DNA of 64,000 nt, from positions 1,735-65,734 of the forward strand of contig CANQTX010000004.1 in the NCBI GenBank assembly GCA_947626885.1. The letters run 5' to 3'. Position 1 is the stretch's first letter, and each line of letters begins with the position of its first letter. Below, one piece after another: positions 1-10,722 of this stretch. The notes under the pieces were generated by a model. That model did no database searches and was not told the origin of the DNA. It was given only the letters and a program-made list of their open reading frames with translations. The position numbers and the translations under genes were made by a program. Source of the stretch: an uncultured Clostridia bacterium (GTDB taxonomy: Bacteria; Bacillota; Clostridia; TANB77; CAG-508).

Positions 1-942
1 AAAGTATGCATTATTTTAGGAAGTGAAATTGAGACTTCAGAAATCAATGATGAAGGAAACACAGGTAGTGCTCATAATTTATGTTATTTTCCTAAGTTAG
101 CAGATATTAAGGCTTTTTCTCATGAAATGAGAAATCATATTAAAAATATAACATTAAGTTCTCAAAGAGCAGATATTTCAGCTTATGAATTAATTGATAT
201 TGTAGAAAAATATCATGGTATTTTAATTCCTGCTCACTGTTTTACGCCACATAAAAGTTTTTATGGAAACTGCACATCTTCTTTGAAACGAATTTTTAAA
301 GAAAAATATGATAAAATTTTAGCCATAGAATTAGGATTAAGTTCTGATACTTTTTTAGCCGATAAAATTAGTGAATTAGAAGAAAAGGCTTTTTTAACAA
401 ATTCTGATGCACATTCTTTACCAAGAATTGCAAGAGAATATAATAAAATGCAACTGGAGTCAATAAGTTTTAAAGAATTTTTAAAAGCACTAAAAGGAGA
501 AGATGGTCGAAAAATTTTATCCAATTATGGATTAGATCCCAAATTGGGAAAATATCACAGGACTTATTGTGAAGTATGTCACAAAAGAATTCCAGGGATG
601 GCACCTGTAACAAAGTGTAATACATGTGATAGTCGAAATATTACTATGGGAGTATATGATAGGATAGAAATGATTAAAGACAAACAAGATACCCAAAGTC
701 CCAAAGGAAGACCTGATTATATTTATCAAATTCCACTTACTTTTATACCTGGTGTAGGAGAAAAAACAATTCATAAATTATTAGATCATTTTGGAACAGA
801 GATGACAATCTTACATAAATTATCAAATGATGATATTGAAGCAGTTGTAGGAAAAAAAATAGCGAACAACATTATTTCTGCACGTGATGGAAAAAGTCAT
901 ATAGTAGAAGGCGGTGGAGGTGTTTATGGAAAAGTTGAATAA
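1..942 (+). CDS. Endonuclease Q family / PHP-domain protein (YqxK-like), 5'-partial
   Basis: Frame is open from base 1. Motifs IPAHCFTP, IELGLSSD, NSDAHS, LGKYHRT-CxxC...CxxC, a helix-hairpin-helix (IPGVGEK) and C-terminal GGGGVYGKV. Usual position upstream of spoIIM-xerD. Confidence 0.85.
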   Translation, partial: KVCIILGSEIETSEINDEGNTGSAHNLCYFPKLADIKAFSHEMRNHIKNITLSSQRADISAYELIDIVEKYHGILIPAHCFTPHKSFYGNCTSSLKRIFKEKYDKILAIELGLSSDTFLADKISELEEKAFLTNSDAHSLPRIAREYNKMQLESISFKEFLKALKGEDGRKILSNYGLDPKLGKYHRTYCEVCHKRIPGMAPVTKCNTCDSRNITMGVYDRIEMIKDKQDTQSPKGRPDYIYQIPLTFIPGVGEKTIHKLLDHFGTEMTILHKLSNDDIEAVVGKKIANNIISARDGKSHIVEGGGGVYGKVE

Positions 943-999
943 TTAGAAAATTTACGAATACACTTTACTATAAAAGTAATGATTAGTAAAGGATATGAT

Positions 1000-1614
1000 A
1001 TGAAGAAGCAGAGTATATTAGTAGAATATATTATGAAAAATAAAAAGAATTTTGGTATTATTCTCATTTTATTTTTTATAGGAATCATAGGTGGCATTTT
1101 TTTTATTAATAATGCCAATATATCGCAAATAGAAGAAATTAAACAATATGTCATAAAATTAGTTGATAATATAAAAACATATGGAGATATTAATCGAACA
1201 GATATCTTAATACAAAGTATAAAACAGAATGTATGGAGTATGTTACTTATCTGGTTTTTAGGATGTACGATTATTGGAAGTATATTTATTTTTATTGCTA
1301 TTATTTATAAAGGTTTTTCTTTAGGATATACTATTTCTGCTATTATTGCTTGTTTAGGTATTAGAAAAGGGAGTACATTTGCTATAGCAGCTCTACTGGC
1401 ACAAAATATAATATTTTTACCTGCATTTTTTATTCTTTCTGAAAGTGGTATTAAATTATATAAAGGCATTTGTAAACATAACATTGATTTAAAAGTAGAA
1501 GTAATAAGACATAGTATTGTTATGTTAATTTCATTATTTTTAGTTATAATATCAAGTTTCACAGAGGTATATATTTCAACAAATTTAATTATTTTCTTAA
1601 AAGATTTTATATAA
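1000..1614 (+). CDS. spoIIM: Stage II sporulation protein M
   Basis: Multi-TM protein with KGFSLGYTI and QNIIFLPAF motifs, between the yqxK-like gene and xerD. ATG at 1000 follows AAAGGA. Confidence 0.85.
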   Translation: MKKQSILVEYIMKNKKNFGIILILFFIGIIGGIFFINNANISQIEEIKQYVIKLVDNIKTYGDINRTDILIQSIKQNVWSMLLIWFLGCTIIGSIFIFIAIIYKGFSLGYTISAIIACLGIRKGSTFAIAALLAQNIIFLPAFFILSESGIKLYKGICKHNIDLKVEVIRHSIVMLISLFLVIISSFTEVYISTNLIIFLKDFI

Positions 1615-1740
1615 AAAATAAAAGAATTTTTTATAAAACTATTTACTTTTAAAGAAATTTTTGATATAACATAAATGGTTTATGTAAATTTATGAAGTTT
1701 ACTTATTTAAAATATACAATATGGATAGGAGAATTTTATC

Positions 1741-2622
1741 ATGGAAAAACAAATTAAACTTTTTTTAACGTTTCTTGAAAATGATAAAAAATTATCATTA
1801 AATACATTACAGTCTTACAAAAGAGATATTTTGCAATATCAAGAATACATAAATAAAAATGGTTTAAATTTTTTAAAGATAGATAGTGAAGGCTTAAATC
1901 AATATTTTGAATATTTAAAATCAATGAATAAAAAAACTTCAACCATATCTAGAAATTTAGCAACAATAAGATCCTTTTATCAATTTTTAGTAAGAACAAA
2001 AAAAATTAGAAAGGATCCCACTATAGGTGTCCAATCACCAAAAGTAGAGAAAAAAGTGCCTAATATTTTAACATCAAAAGAAGTAGAATTATTATTGGAG
2101 CAACCAAAAGATGTAGATTTAAAAGGTATTAGAGATAAAGCTATGCTAGAATTTGCTTATGCAACAGGTATGCGTGTAACAGAAATTATATCTTTAGATA
2201 TAACAGATGTCAATTTAGAGGAAAATTATGTTGTATGTCATAATGGTGCAAAGCAAAGAAATATTCCATTAGGTTCCTTATCCATGAAAGCTTTAGAAGA
2301 ATATATTGTAAAAGCAAGACCTATTTTAATAAAGGATGAAAATGTTAAGGCTTTATTTGTTAATATTAATGGTAAACGATTAACCAGACAGGGATTTTGG
2401 AAAATTGTGAAATATTATAAAGAGCAAGCACATATATCAAAGGAAATTACACCACATGTTTTAAGACATTCTTTTGCAACACATTTATTACAGAATGGTG
2501 CAGATTTAAAGGCAATTCAAGTAATGCTAGGACATTCAGATATTTCATCAACACAGGTTTATATGCAATTTCAAAATGAAAATTTAAAAGATATTTATAA
2601 AAAAGCACATCCAAGAGCTTAA
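1741..2622 (+). CDS. xerD: Site-specific tyrosine recombinase XerD (RipX)
   Basis: RDKAMLEFAYATGMRVTE, HVLRHSFATHLL, LGHSDISSTQVY and C-terminal HPRA; spoIIM-xerD synteny. Confidence 0.92.
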   Translation: MEKQIKLFLTFLENDKKLSLNTLQSYKRDILQYQEYINKNGLNFLKIDSEGLNQYFEYLKSMNKKTSTISRNLATIRSFYQFLVRTKKIRKDPTIGVQSPKVEKKVPNILTSKEVELLLEQPKDVDLKGIRDKAMLEFAYATGMRVTEIISLDITDVNLEENYVVCHNGAKQRNIPLGSLSMKALEEYIVKARPILIKDENVKALFVNINGKRLTRQGFWKIVKYYKEQAHISKEITPHVLRHSFATHLLQNGADLKAIQVMLGHSDISSTQVYMQFQNENLKDIYKKAHPRA

Positions 2623-2637
2623 ACATCAATATATTGT

Positions 2638-2681
2638 TGATAAAAAGGAATAATCTATTATTAGATTATTCCTTTTTATCA
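2638..2681 (+). terminator. Intrinsic terminator after xerD (probably bidirectional)
   Basis: Perfect 20-bp inverted repeat TGATAAAAAGGAATAATCTA / TAGATTATTCCTTTTTATCA. Confidence 0.8.
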
Positions 2682-2750
2682 TAAGAAAATACTATTTTTT
2701 AGCTATATAAAACAGATTTTGCTTATTATATAAAATAATCTACAAAGTTG

Positions 2751-2778
2751 TTGAAAATAAATGATATTATGATATAAT
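2751..2778 (+). promoter_or_regulatory. SigA-type promoter of the glycan locus
   Basis: TTGAAA-16nt-TATAAT with an extended -10 (TGaTATAAT). Confidence 0.6.
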
Positions 2779-2833
2779 GCTAATAGCAAATAAAGAATGT
2801 GAATAAAAAAGCAAGTGCAGAAGGAGTTAGAAA

Positions 2834-3901
2834 ATGAATACATATTTAATAACAGGAGGAGCTGGGTTTATAGGATCTAATCTAGTAGATGAATTAATTA
2901 AAGAAAATAAAATAATCGTTATAGATAATTTTGATGATTATTATTCCTCCGAATTAAAAGAGAAAAATATTCAAGAAAGTATAACACATGCTCATTATCA
3001 CTTAGAAAAAGTTGATATTAGAAATCAAGAAGAAGTACAAAGAGTTTTTCAAGAAAATACTATTGATTTTGTTATTCATTTAGCTGGAATAGGTGGTGTA
3101 CGATATTCCATTGTTAATCCTGAAAAATATCAGGAAATTAATTATATTGGAACACTACATATATTAGAAGCAATGAGAAAATATCGTGTAAAAAATATTC
3201 TTTTTGCATCGTCCAGTTCTGTATATGGTGACTGTGAAGAAGTGCCTTTCAAAGAAACTTTTTCTTGTAATATGCCGATTAGCCCTTATGCTGCTTCTAA
3301 AAAATCTGCTGAAATGTTATTATATGTATATCATCATTTATATGGATTTAATGTTATTGTAAATCGCTTTTTTACGGTTTATGGTAAAAGATTACGTCCT
3401 GATTTAGCCATTAGCAAATTTACAAAATGTATATTAGAAGAAGAACCAATTCCTTTTTATGGAGATGGAAAAACATATCGAGATTATACTTATATAAAAG
3501 ACATAATCCAAGGCATTAAAAGAGGATTAGCTTATATGCAAAAAAATGAAAATGTTTATGAAATTATCAATCTTGGTTGTGGTAGTCCTATAACATTAAT
3601 ACAAATGGTAGAAACGTTAGAAAAAGTATTACACAAGAAAGCAATGATTCATAGAATGGATAAGCAGGAGGGAGATGTACATGCGACTTATGCAGATATT
3701 GCGAAAGCAAAAAAACTGTTAGGTTATCATCCACAATATACTTTTGAAAAAGGTATTCAAGAATTTGTAGAATGGTATTTAGAAACAAATCATATAACGG
3801 AATTAATTGACAATAAAGCAACACATATGCCAGATAAAAAAATAAAAATAAATTTAGAAAAGTTAGGTGAGAATCATAAAATTATTTATAAAGAATCTTA
3901 A
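2834..3901 (+). CDS. NAD-dependent epimerase, UDP-glucuronate 4-epimerase-like
   Basis: TGGAGFIGS, HLAG..GVRYSI, ASSSSVYG, YAASK, RFFTVYG..RPDLAI, RDYTYI and GDVHATYAD are typical of the GAE/WbnF/CapI subgroup. About 35-aa C-terminal extension overlaps the next gene. Confidence 0.85.
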   Translation: MNTYLITGGAGFIGSNLVDELIKENKIIVIDNFDDYYSSELKEKNIQESITHAHYHLEKVDIRNQEEVQRVFQENTIDFVIHLAGIGGVRYSIVNPEKYQEINYIGTLHILEAMRKYRVKNILFASSSSVYGDCEEVPFKETFSCNMPISPYAASKKSAEMLLYVYHHLYGFNVIVNRFFTVYGKRLRPDLAISKFTKCILEEEPIPFYGDGKTYRDYTYIKDIIQGIKRGLAYMQKNENVYEIINLGCGSPITLIQMVETLEKVLHKKAMIHRMDKQEGDVHATYADIAKAKKLLGYHPQYTFEKGIQEFVEWYLETNHITELIDNKATHMPDKKIKINLEKLGENHKIIYKES

Positions 3902-4658
3902 AAAATATTTTGAATATGCTTTATATTCTGCCAAAGCAGAATTAAAATCAGAAGTAGCAAACTCCTATTTAAATTGGATTTGGTGGATTTTAGAACCCAT
4001 ATGTATGATGTTAATTTATATTTTTGTGGTAGAAATTGTTTTTAAATCGAAAGAACCCAATTTCCCTGTATTTGTATTTATAGGAATTACGGTATGGAAT
4101 TTTTTTAGTAAAATGATAACCATTAGTGTTAGGCTAGTTAAAACAAAAAAGATGATTATTTCTAAAGTATATTTACCTAAATACATATTAGTATTAGAAA
4201 AGTCATTTGTATTTGCATTTAAAAGTTTTATATCTTTTGGATTAATCCTAATATTGATGCTATTATTTAGAGTGCCTTTCACCATGTATTTATTATCGTT
4301 TATTATAATTTTTCTATTACTATATATTATTACATTTGGATTATGTTGTATTATTATGCATTTTGGAACGTATATAGAAGATTTAACTAACGTATGTACG
4401 ATTGGACTAAAGTTTCTTTTATATTTTTCTGGAATATTTTACAATATAGAGACGAAGGTTCCAGCACCATTTAATCATATATTAGTAAATGTTAATCCGA
4501 TTGCTTTTATTATTGATGGTTTTAGAAAAATTTTTATGTATGCAACATTCCCTAATATAATGATAATAATAGGTTGGTTTTTTATAGGACTTTTATTATC
4601 CGCAATTGGTGTAAAGTTAATTCATAAATATGAAAATAGTTATGTGAAGGTAATATAA
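3867..4658 (+). CDS. ABC-2 polysaccharide exporter permease (Wzm/TagG-like)
   Basis: Six TM segments, SYLNWIWWILEP, KVYLPK and NPIAFIIDGFR; next to a Wzt-like gene. Confidence 0.88.
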   Translation: MRIIKLFIKNLKKYFEYALYSAKAELKSEVANSYLNWIWWILEPICMMLIYIFVVEIVFKSKEPNFPVFVFIGITVWNFFSKMITISVRLVKTKKMIISKVYLPKYILVLEKSFVFAFKSFISFGLILILMLLFRVPFTMYLLSFIIIFLLLYIITFGLCCIIMHFGTYIEDLTNVCTIGLKFLLYFSGIFYNIETKVPAPFNHILVNVNPIAFIIDGFRKIFMYATFPNIMIIIGWFFIGLLLSAIGVKLIHKYENSYVKVI

Positions 4659-4661
4659 ATA

Positions 4662-5396
4662 ATGGAAGATGTATCAATTGAAGTTAAAGATTTGAAAATT
4701 TTTTATAGAGTTTTAACAAGAATGTCTATCAAAAAATCGTTATTGAAATTTCATAGAAATAAAATTATAAAAAAAGAAGCCATTAAAGGCTTGAGTTTTC
4801 GAGTAAAAAAAGGAGAAGTGGTTGGCATTATAGGAAAAAATGGCTGCGGCAAATCTACATTACTGAGAGCGATTGCAGGAATTATCTCACCAGATGAAGG
4901 TAGTATAGATTTAAAAGGTAATAGTGTTTCCTTATTGGCAATAGGGGTAGGTTTTAATGAGGAACTTTCAGGTTATGATAATATTTTTCTATCAGGAATG
5001 CTTTTGGGAATAGAAAAGGAACAGGTAAAAGAAAAGTTAAATGAGATTATCGATTTTTCAGAATTAGAAAATGATATATATAAACCAGTAAGAACATACT
5101 CTTCTGGTATGCGCTCAAAACTTGCTTTTTCTATTACAGCTATTTTAGAAACAGATATTATATTGATTGATGAAGTTCTTAGTGTTGGAGATGTAAGTTT
5201 TAAAGAAAAAAGTTATCAAAAAATTAAAGAATTGATATTAGATAAAAGTAAAACAGTTTTATTAGTATCTCATGATACAAGTGTTTTATTAGAACTGTGT
5301 GATTACATGATTTGGATTTCAGATGGTATTATTAAAAAAGAAGGTAATACACATGAAGTGATTACTGCTTATGAAGCATTTATGAAAAAAGAATAA
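4662..5396 (+). CDS. ABC polysaccharide exporter ATPase (Wzt/TagH-like), no C-terminal carbohydrate-binding domain
   Basis: GKNGCGKST, YSSGMRSKLAFS, ILIDEVLSVGD, VSHD. Confidence 0.92.
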   Translation: MEDVSIEVKDLKIFYRVLTRMSIKKSLLKFHRNKIIKKEAIKGLSFRVKKGEVVGIIGKNGCGKSTLLRAIAGIISPDEGSIDLKGNSVSLLAIGVGFNEELSGYDNIFLSGMLLGIEKEQVKEKLNEIIDFSELENDIYKPVRTYSSGMRSKLAFSITAILETDIILIDEVLSVGDVSFKEKSYQKIKELILDKSKTVLLVSHDTSVLLELCDYMIWISDGIIKKEGNTHEVITAYEAFMKKE

Positions 5397-5439
5397 AAGG
5401 AAACATGCATACAAGATATATTGAAATAGGGAGATTTCT

Positions 5440-6717
5440 ATGAAGATACTTTTAAAAAAAACAGCCCTTTTTTTGTGTGATGGCTTTTTTATTTTAAGTG
5501 CTATATGTCACAAACTTAGTAATACAATGCGAAAAAATAAGAAAGAAGCAGAAAAAAAGAAAATTCTAATATTAATTGGAAAAATTAGTAAGGGTGGTGC
5601 AGAAAGAGCAGCTGTAAATTTAGCTGAAAAACTAGCAAAAGATAATGAGGTTAGCATCGCCATATATGATAAAGAGAATTATGGACAAGAAGTAAAAAAC
5701 TATTCTTGTTTTGTCCACGTAATAGAGGTAGAAGGTAATGGCCCTATTTCTAGAATCTTTGGTATAAAGCGCTTAAAGAAAAAAAACCAAATCACACATT
5801 GTATTAGTTTTGGAACTTATGCTAATTTTTTAAATACGATAACAAGAGTAAAGGAAAAATGTATTATTTCTGTAAGAAATTTTTCATCGATTGCAGAAAA
5901 GGGCATAATATTAAAATTAAAACATAAAATTGCTAATGCTCTTTCAGATAAAATTGTTGCAGTTTCTAAGTCAGTAGAAATGGATGAAATAAAAAATTAT
6001 CATGTAAATTCTAATAAAATTTGTACGATTTCAAATTATTGCAATAAGGATCATATTTTAAATGCTATAAATCAATATGCTATTGATGAAATAGATAAGC
6101 CGATATTTATGAATAGTCATGTAATAATTACTGTAGGAAAGTTAAAAGAGCAAAAAGGACAGTGGCATTTAATTAGAGCTTTTTCCAAAGTAGTGCAAAA
6201 ACATGATGATGCCAAATTAATTATATTAGGCGTAGGAGAAATGAAAGAATATTTTAAAAATTTAATTGCTAATTTACATTTAGAAAATTATGTATATCTG
6301 TTAAGCCATAAAAACAATAATGTGTATACTTATATGGCTGCATCTAATATATTTGTATTTCCAACATTATTTGAAGGTATGCCAAATGTAATTCTAGAAG
6401 CAATGCAATGTGGTTTACCTATTATTGCAACAGATTGTTATGGAGGTAATAAAGAAATTTTAGCACCGAGTATACCATTCAATGAAGAAGTAACAGAGAT
6501 TAAGGAATGTGAATATGGAATATTGATTCCACGCTTAGATTTTAAGCAATATAAAGCAGAAGATAGATTAACAAAAGAAGAAGAATTATTAGCAGATGCT
6601 ATTATTTATATGCTGGAAGAAAAAAATTTAAGAGAACATTATCAGCAAAAGTCTATAGAAAGAGTACAAACTTATAATCAAGTAAATTATGTGGAAGAAT
6701 GGAAAAAAACATTATGA
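5440..6717 (+). CDS. Glycosyltransferase family 4 (PglJ/PglH-like)
   Basis: GGAERA, KGQWHLIRAF, EGMPNVILEAM. Confidence 0.88.
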   Translation: MKILLKKTALFLCDGFFILSAICHKLSNTMRKNKKEAEKKKILILIGKISKGGAERAAVNLAEKLAKDNEVSIAIYDKENYGQEVKNYSCFVHVIEVEGNGPISRIFGIKRLKKKNQITHCISFGTYANFLNTITRVKEKCIISVRNFSSIAEKGIILKLKHKIANALSDKIVAVSKSVEMDEIKNYHVNSNKICTISNYCNKDHILNAINQYAIDEIDKPIFMNSHVIITVGKLKEQKGQWHLIRAFSKVVQKHDDAKLIILGVGEMKEYFKNLIANLHLENYVYLLSHKNNNVYTYMAASNIFVFPTLFEGMPNVILEAMQCGLPIIATDCYGGNKEILAPSIPFNEEVTEIKECEYGILIPRLDFKQYKAEDRLTKEEELLADAIIYMLEEKNLREHYQQKSIERVQTYNQVNYVEEWKKTL

Positions 6718-7886
6718 TCAAAAAAAGTATTATGATATTAGTAACCAAATTATCAAATGGTGGTGCAGAAAAAGCAGCCACAATTCTTGCAAAAAATCTT
6801 TCAAAACAATATCAAGTATATTTAGTAGTGTTTAATAATATGATGCAGGATTACAAAGTAACCGTTCCTGTAATAGATTTAAAAATACCAAAAAGTAAAT
6901 GTTTTTTTAAAAAAGTATTATTTTTTTTAAAAAAGGTACAAGCCGTAAAAAAAGTAAAAAAACAATATGCAATTGATTGTACGATTAGCTTATTAACAGG
7001 GCCGAATCTTGTAAATGTTTTAACTAAAAAATATGGAAAAACCATTATATCTGTTAGAAATAATATGCAAGAAAAAAGTTGGTTAGAAAATAAAATTAAT
7101 CAATATGTAATGAGGCAGGCAAACAAAATTGTAACAGTTGCTGAAGATATGAGAATATTTCATATACAAAAAGATCATATTCCTGCCAGTAAAATAGTTA
7201 CTATTTATAATGTTTGTCTATTAGAAGAAATTAATAAGCAATCAAAAGAAAAGATAACAGATTATCAAGAAATTTTTTCAAAAGGGAATATTATTATTTC
7301 TTTAGGAAGATTCATTAATCAAAAGGGACAATGGCACTTAATTAGAGCATTTTCAGAAATTGTAAAAAATTATCCAGAATATCAATTGATTATTTTCGGA
7401 AGAGGAGAAAAGAAGAATGCTTTAGAAAAATTAATAGAAGAATTATCTATACAAGAAAATGTTCATCTATTAGAATTTGTTAACAATCCTTATGCATATT
7501 TAAGAAAGGCTGATTTTTTTGTAATGTCGTCTTTGTTTGAAGGATGTTCCAATGCAATATTAGAAGCTATGGCATGTAATCTTCCTGTTATTGCAACAGA
7601 CTGTCAGTACGGCAACAGAGAAATTCTAGCACCAAATCTAAAAACAAAAGACAAAATTAAATATTGTCAAACAGAAACGTTTGGTATATTAGTTCCTGTA
7701 GGAGATAAACAATATTATGATGCTGATAGTCCCTTGACCTCTGAAGAGATAGAATTGTATAAGGCTATGAAACTTATGATAGAGGATAAAGCACTTAGGA
7801 AAGCATATCAAGAAAAATCATTACAAAGAATTCAAGATTTTCAAAATAACACAGAAAAATGGATAAATTGTATAGAAGAGGAATAA
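6714..7886 (+). CDS. Glycosyltransferase family 4 (paralog of the upstream gene)
   Basis: GGAEKA, KGQWHLIRAF, EGCSNAILEAM. ATG at 6714 forms an ATGA overlap with the previous stop. Confidence 0.88.
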   Translation: MIKKSIMILVTKLSNGGAEKAATILAKNLSKQYQVYLVVFNNMMQDYKVTVPVIDLKIPKSKCFFKKVLFFLKKVQAVKKVKKQYAIDCTISLLTGPNLVNVLTKKYGKTIISVRNNMQEKSWLENKINQYVMRQANKIVTVAEDMRIFHIQKDHIPASKIVTIYNVCLLEEINKQSKEKITDYQEIFSKGNIIISLGRFINQKGQWHLIRAFSEIVKNYPEYQLIIFGRGEKKNALEKLIEELSIQENVHLLEFVNNPYAYLRKADFFVMSSLFEGCSNAILEAMACNLPVIATDCQYGNREILAPNLKTKDKIKYCQTETFGILVPVGDKQYYDADSPLTSEEIELYKAMKLMIEDKALRKAYQEKSLQRIQDFQNNTEKWINCIEEE

Positions 7887-7889
7887 GTA

Positions 7890-8993
7890 GTGAAAATTGT
7901 AGTTATAACTCATAAAACAAAGAATCTTGCTAAAACTAGGAAAAAATTATTACAACTTCTTTTAGATAAAGAATATGAAATTGTTGGCATTTGTCCAGAA
8001 GAAGATGCTACAGATATATTAGAGGAAATGGGAATTCAAACAAGAGTAGTACAAAACAATAGAATTTCCATCAGTTTATTTCGTAATATAAAATACTTTT
8101 TTGAGGTAAAAAAAGTGCTGCAAGAAGAAAAACCAGATATCGTTTTTAATTACACGATAAAACCGAATATTATAGGAAGCATAGCTGCTAAAATGGCAAA
8201 AGTTTCTAGAATTTATTCTATGGTTACAGGATTAGGCTATATTTATTCTAGTGAAAAGTGGAGAGTAAAGTGTATTAGGTTATTTTGTAATATAGGCTAT
8301 AGAATAGCTTTTCATTTGAATACAAAAGTGATTTTCCAAAATAAAGATGATAAAAATGATTTTATCCAAAGAGGATATATAGCTAAGGATAAAGCTTTTG
8401 TAATAGATGGCTCTGGTGTTGATATGGAAAGATTTACATATACAAAGTTACCAAAAGAATTTAATTTTTTAATGGTAGCTAGAATGTTAGATGTCAAAGG
8501 TGTAGAAGAATATTGTAAAGCGGCAGAAATTATAAAAAAGAAATATCCTAAGGTATCTTTTACTTTTGTAGGAGAAGAAGAAAATACGTATAGAGGTATT
8601 AAACCAGATATTATTCAACCATATAAAGAAAATCATATTGTTAAATTTGAAGGATATCAGGAGAATGTAGAAGAGTATATAAAAAAATGTAAGGTATTTG
8701 TTTTGCCATCATATTTAAAAGAAGGAATACCTAGAACCCTATTAGAAGCTTTGGCAGTAGGGAGACCTATTATAACAACAGATGTGTCGGGATGCAAAGA
8801 AACTGTAAAAGAAGGAGAAAATGGTTTTCTGGTACGACCTAGAGATATACAGGAGTTGGTAGAAAAAATGGAATATATGATAAAACACGAAGCATTATTG
8901 CAAAAGATGGGAGAATGTAGTTTTCAATATGCAAAGAAACGTTTTGAAATTCACCTAATTAATCAAAAAATGTTAGAAATTATGGATTTATAA
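7890..8993 (+). CDS. Glycosyltransferase family 4 (PglA/CapM-like)
   Basis: YTIKPNIIG, VTGLGY, FQNKDD, GSGVD, EGIPRTLLEALA, TTDVSGC; GTG start. Confidence 0.88.
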   Translation: MKIVVITHKTKNLAKTRKKLLQLLLDKEYEIVGICPEEDATDILEEMGIQTRVVQNNRISISLFRNIKYFFEVKKVLQEEKPDIVFNYTIKPNIIGSIAAKMAKVSRIYSMVTGLGYIYSSEKWRVKCIRLFCNIGYRIAFHLNTKVIFQNKDDKNDFIQRGYIAKDKAFVIDGSGVDMERFTYTKLPKEFNFLMVARMLDVKGVEEYCKAAEIIKKKYPKVSFTFVGEEENTYRGIKPDIIQPYKENHIVKFEGYQENVEEYIKKCKVFVLPSYLKEGIPRTLLEALAVGRPIITTDVSGCKETVKEGENGFLVRPRDIQELVEKMEYMIKHEALLQKMGECSFQYAKKRFEIHLINQKMLEIMDL

Positions 8994-9034
8994 AAAATAG
9001 AATTTAGGAAGGAATTAGGTATTTATTCAATATA

Positions 9035-10702
9035 ATGATTAACTTTATAAAAAGAAAAAAAAGTTATAATATAAAAAGAATGTTAAAATATAGTATGATA
9101 TTATTGTTATTGAGTCTTTTTTATATCATTTTTTTTAATACTAACATTATGACAAGTGGAGGAGAGGCTGAAACAGCTTATGTAACCTGGAATGATACCA
9201 TAAAAATACCAAAATATCATGTTTATATAAGAAATATAGAAACCAATGAGGCTTATCAAGTAGAAGATGCGTTAATAAGAAAATATCAATCAGAAGATAA
9301 AACATATTGGAGAGCGGATGTACTAGGATTAACAGCAGGAAAATATCGATTTGAAATTGTTCCAGTAATTGATAATCATGAAATAAAAGAGATAACAACA
9401 GTAACAGATATTTTGACAGTTGTATCACATAATAGAGAAGGCTTTGCATTTGCTAAAAATTCGATTAATGGGGGAAATGCATCTGGGGGATATTTAGAAA
9501 ACGGAACGATTCCTCAGGATGCTAAAATTATATATATTACTAGGCAAAATGTAAATACTGTTTCTTTGGAAATCAATAAAGCAACTGGTGAAAAAATAGT
9601 GGTAAAAGGATTGAGTGAAATTTTATCTAACTGGCAGGAAGAAGCTATTGCAAAGCATTTAATTATAAGAATTCTTGGCAAATTGGAACGAAATGATATT
9701 ATAGGGTTAGAAGAAAATTATCAATCAATATATGTAAAACATTGTGAAGGTGTAACAATAGAAGGTGTAGGAAATGATGCAACATTAAAAGGTGTTGGCA
9801 TTATTATAGCAGAATCTTCTGATATAGAGATAAGAAATTTAGGATTTATGCTTTTTTATGAAGATGGCATTGATTTAGAAAAAGATAATGCGCATATTTG
9901 GATTCATCATAATGATTTCTATTATGGACAAAATGGTTTAGAAAGAGAACGTGACAAAGTAAAAGGAGATGGTTCAACTGATATCAAAAAAAGTCAATAT
10001 ATAACGATTTCTTATAATCATTACTGGGATTCGGGAAAAACATCCGTATGTGGTGTACTTGATGACCTAAATTATATTACCTATCATCATAATTGGTTTG
10101 ATCATTGTGATTCTCGTTGTCCACGTGTAAATTATGCATCGGTGCATGTATATAATAACTATTATATAGGAAATAGCAAATACAGCATTGGTGCAGCAAA
10201 TGGGGCATCTGTTTTTGCAGAAGCGAATCTTTTTAAGTATTGTATGAATCCATTTATGATATCAGGACAAGGATCGGATGTTATAAGAAATGCTATGTCG
10301 GCAGAAACAGGGGGAATGATAAAGGCATACCGTAATTTATTTATAGGAGATGGTGCGAATATCATATTTTCCAATAAAGATCCTATACAATTTGATGCTT
10401 ATTTGACATATTCTAGGGAGGAAGAAATTCCCATGTCCTACAAAACTTATAAAGGTGAATATACTTACAACAATTTTGATATAGACACAGAAATTATGTA
10501 TTCTTATATGCCAGATGAACCAATAGAGTTAATGCAGATTGTTGAAAGGGAAGCGGGAAGAGTAGAAGGAGGAGATATTATATTTGATACCAGTATGCTG
10601 AATAATTATTCCAATAGCCGTTTTGATATTAAAGAAAAAGAATTAGATGAAATGTTAAATCAATACGAAACGAATTTATGCTTAGATACATTAAATATCT
10701 AA
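9035..10702 (+). CDS. Membrane-anchored or secreted pectate lyase (PL1-type beta-helix) with an N-terminal beta-sandwich domain
   Basis: N-terminal hydrophobic segment; TIEGVG, IEIRNL, HIWIHHNDF, DGSTDIK, ITYHHNWF, SRCPRV, VHVYNNYY. Confidence 0.85.
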   Translation: MINFIKRKKSYNIKRMLKYSMILLLLSLFYIIFFNTNIMTSGGEAETAYVTWNDTIKIPKYHVYIRNIETNEAYQVEDALIRKYQSEDKTYWRADVLGLTAGKYRFEIVPVIDNHEIKEITTVTDILTVVSHNREGFAFAKNSINGGNASGGYLENGTIPQDAKIIYITRQNVNTVSLEINKATGEKIVVKGLSEILSNWQEEAIAKHLIIRILGKLERNDIIGLEENYQSIYVKHCEGVTIEGVGNDATLKGVGIIIAESSDIEIRNLGFMLFYEDGIDLEKDNAHIWIHHNDFYYGQNGLERERDKVKGDGSTDIKKSQYITISYNHYWDSGKTSVCGVLDDLNYITYHHNWFDHCDSRCPRVNYASVHVYNNYYIGNSKYSIGAANGASVFAEANLFKYCMNPFMISGQGSDVIRNAMSAETGGMIKAYRNLFIGDGANIIFSNKDPIQFDAYLTYSREEEIPMSYKTYKGEYTYNNFDIDTEIMYSYMPDEPIELMQIVEREAGRVEGGDIIFDTSMLNNYSNSRFDIKEKELDEMLNQYETNLCLDTLNI

Positions 10703-10722
10703 CAAGAATAGAGGAGAAAGAT

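Noticed and set aside
559-561. AGG as a second frameshift-inducing codon
   Set aside because: In-frame AGG occurs inside intact conserved motifs (e.g. YHRTY here, and in nusA and infB) with no frame break.
1741-2622. Tyrosine recombinase as a sign of a prophage or ICE
   Set aside because: Sequence and spoIIM synteny identify it as housekeeping XerD, and no mobile genes are nearby.
3790-3901. Epimerase C-terminal extension overlapping wzm by 35 nt as a frameshift
   Set aside because: The epimerase domain is complete before the extension, and no alternative frame looks better. A lost stop codon is the simpler explanation.
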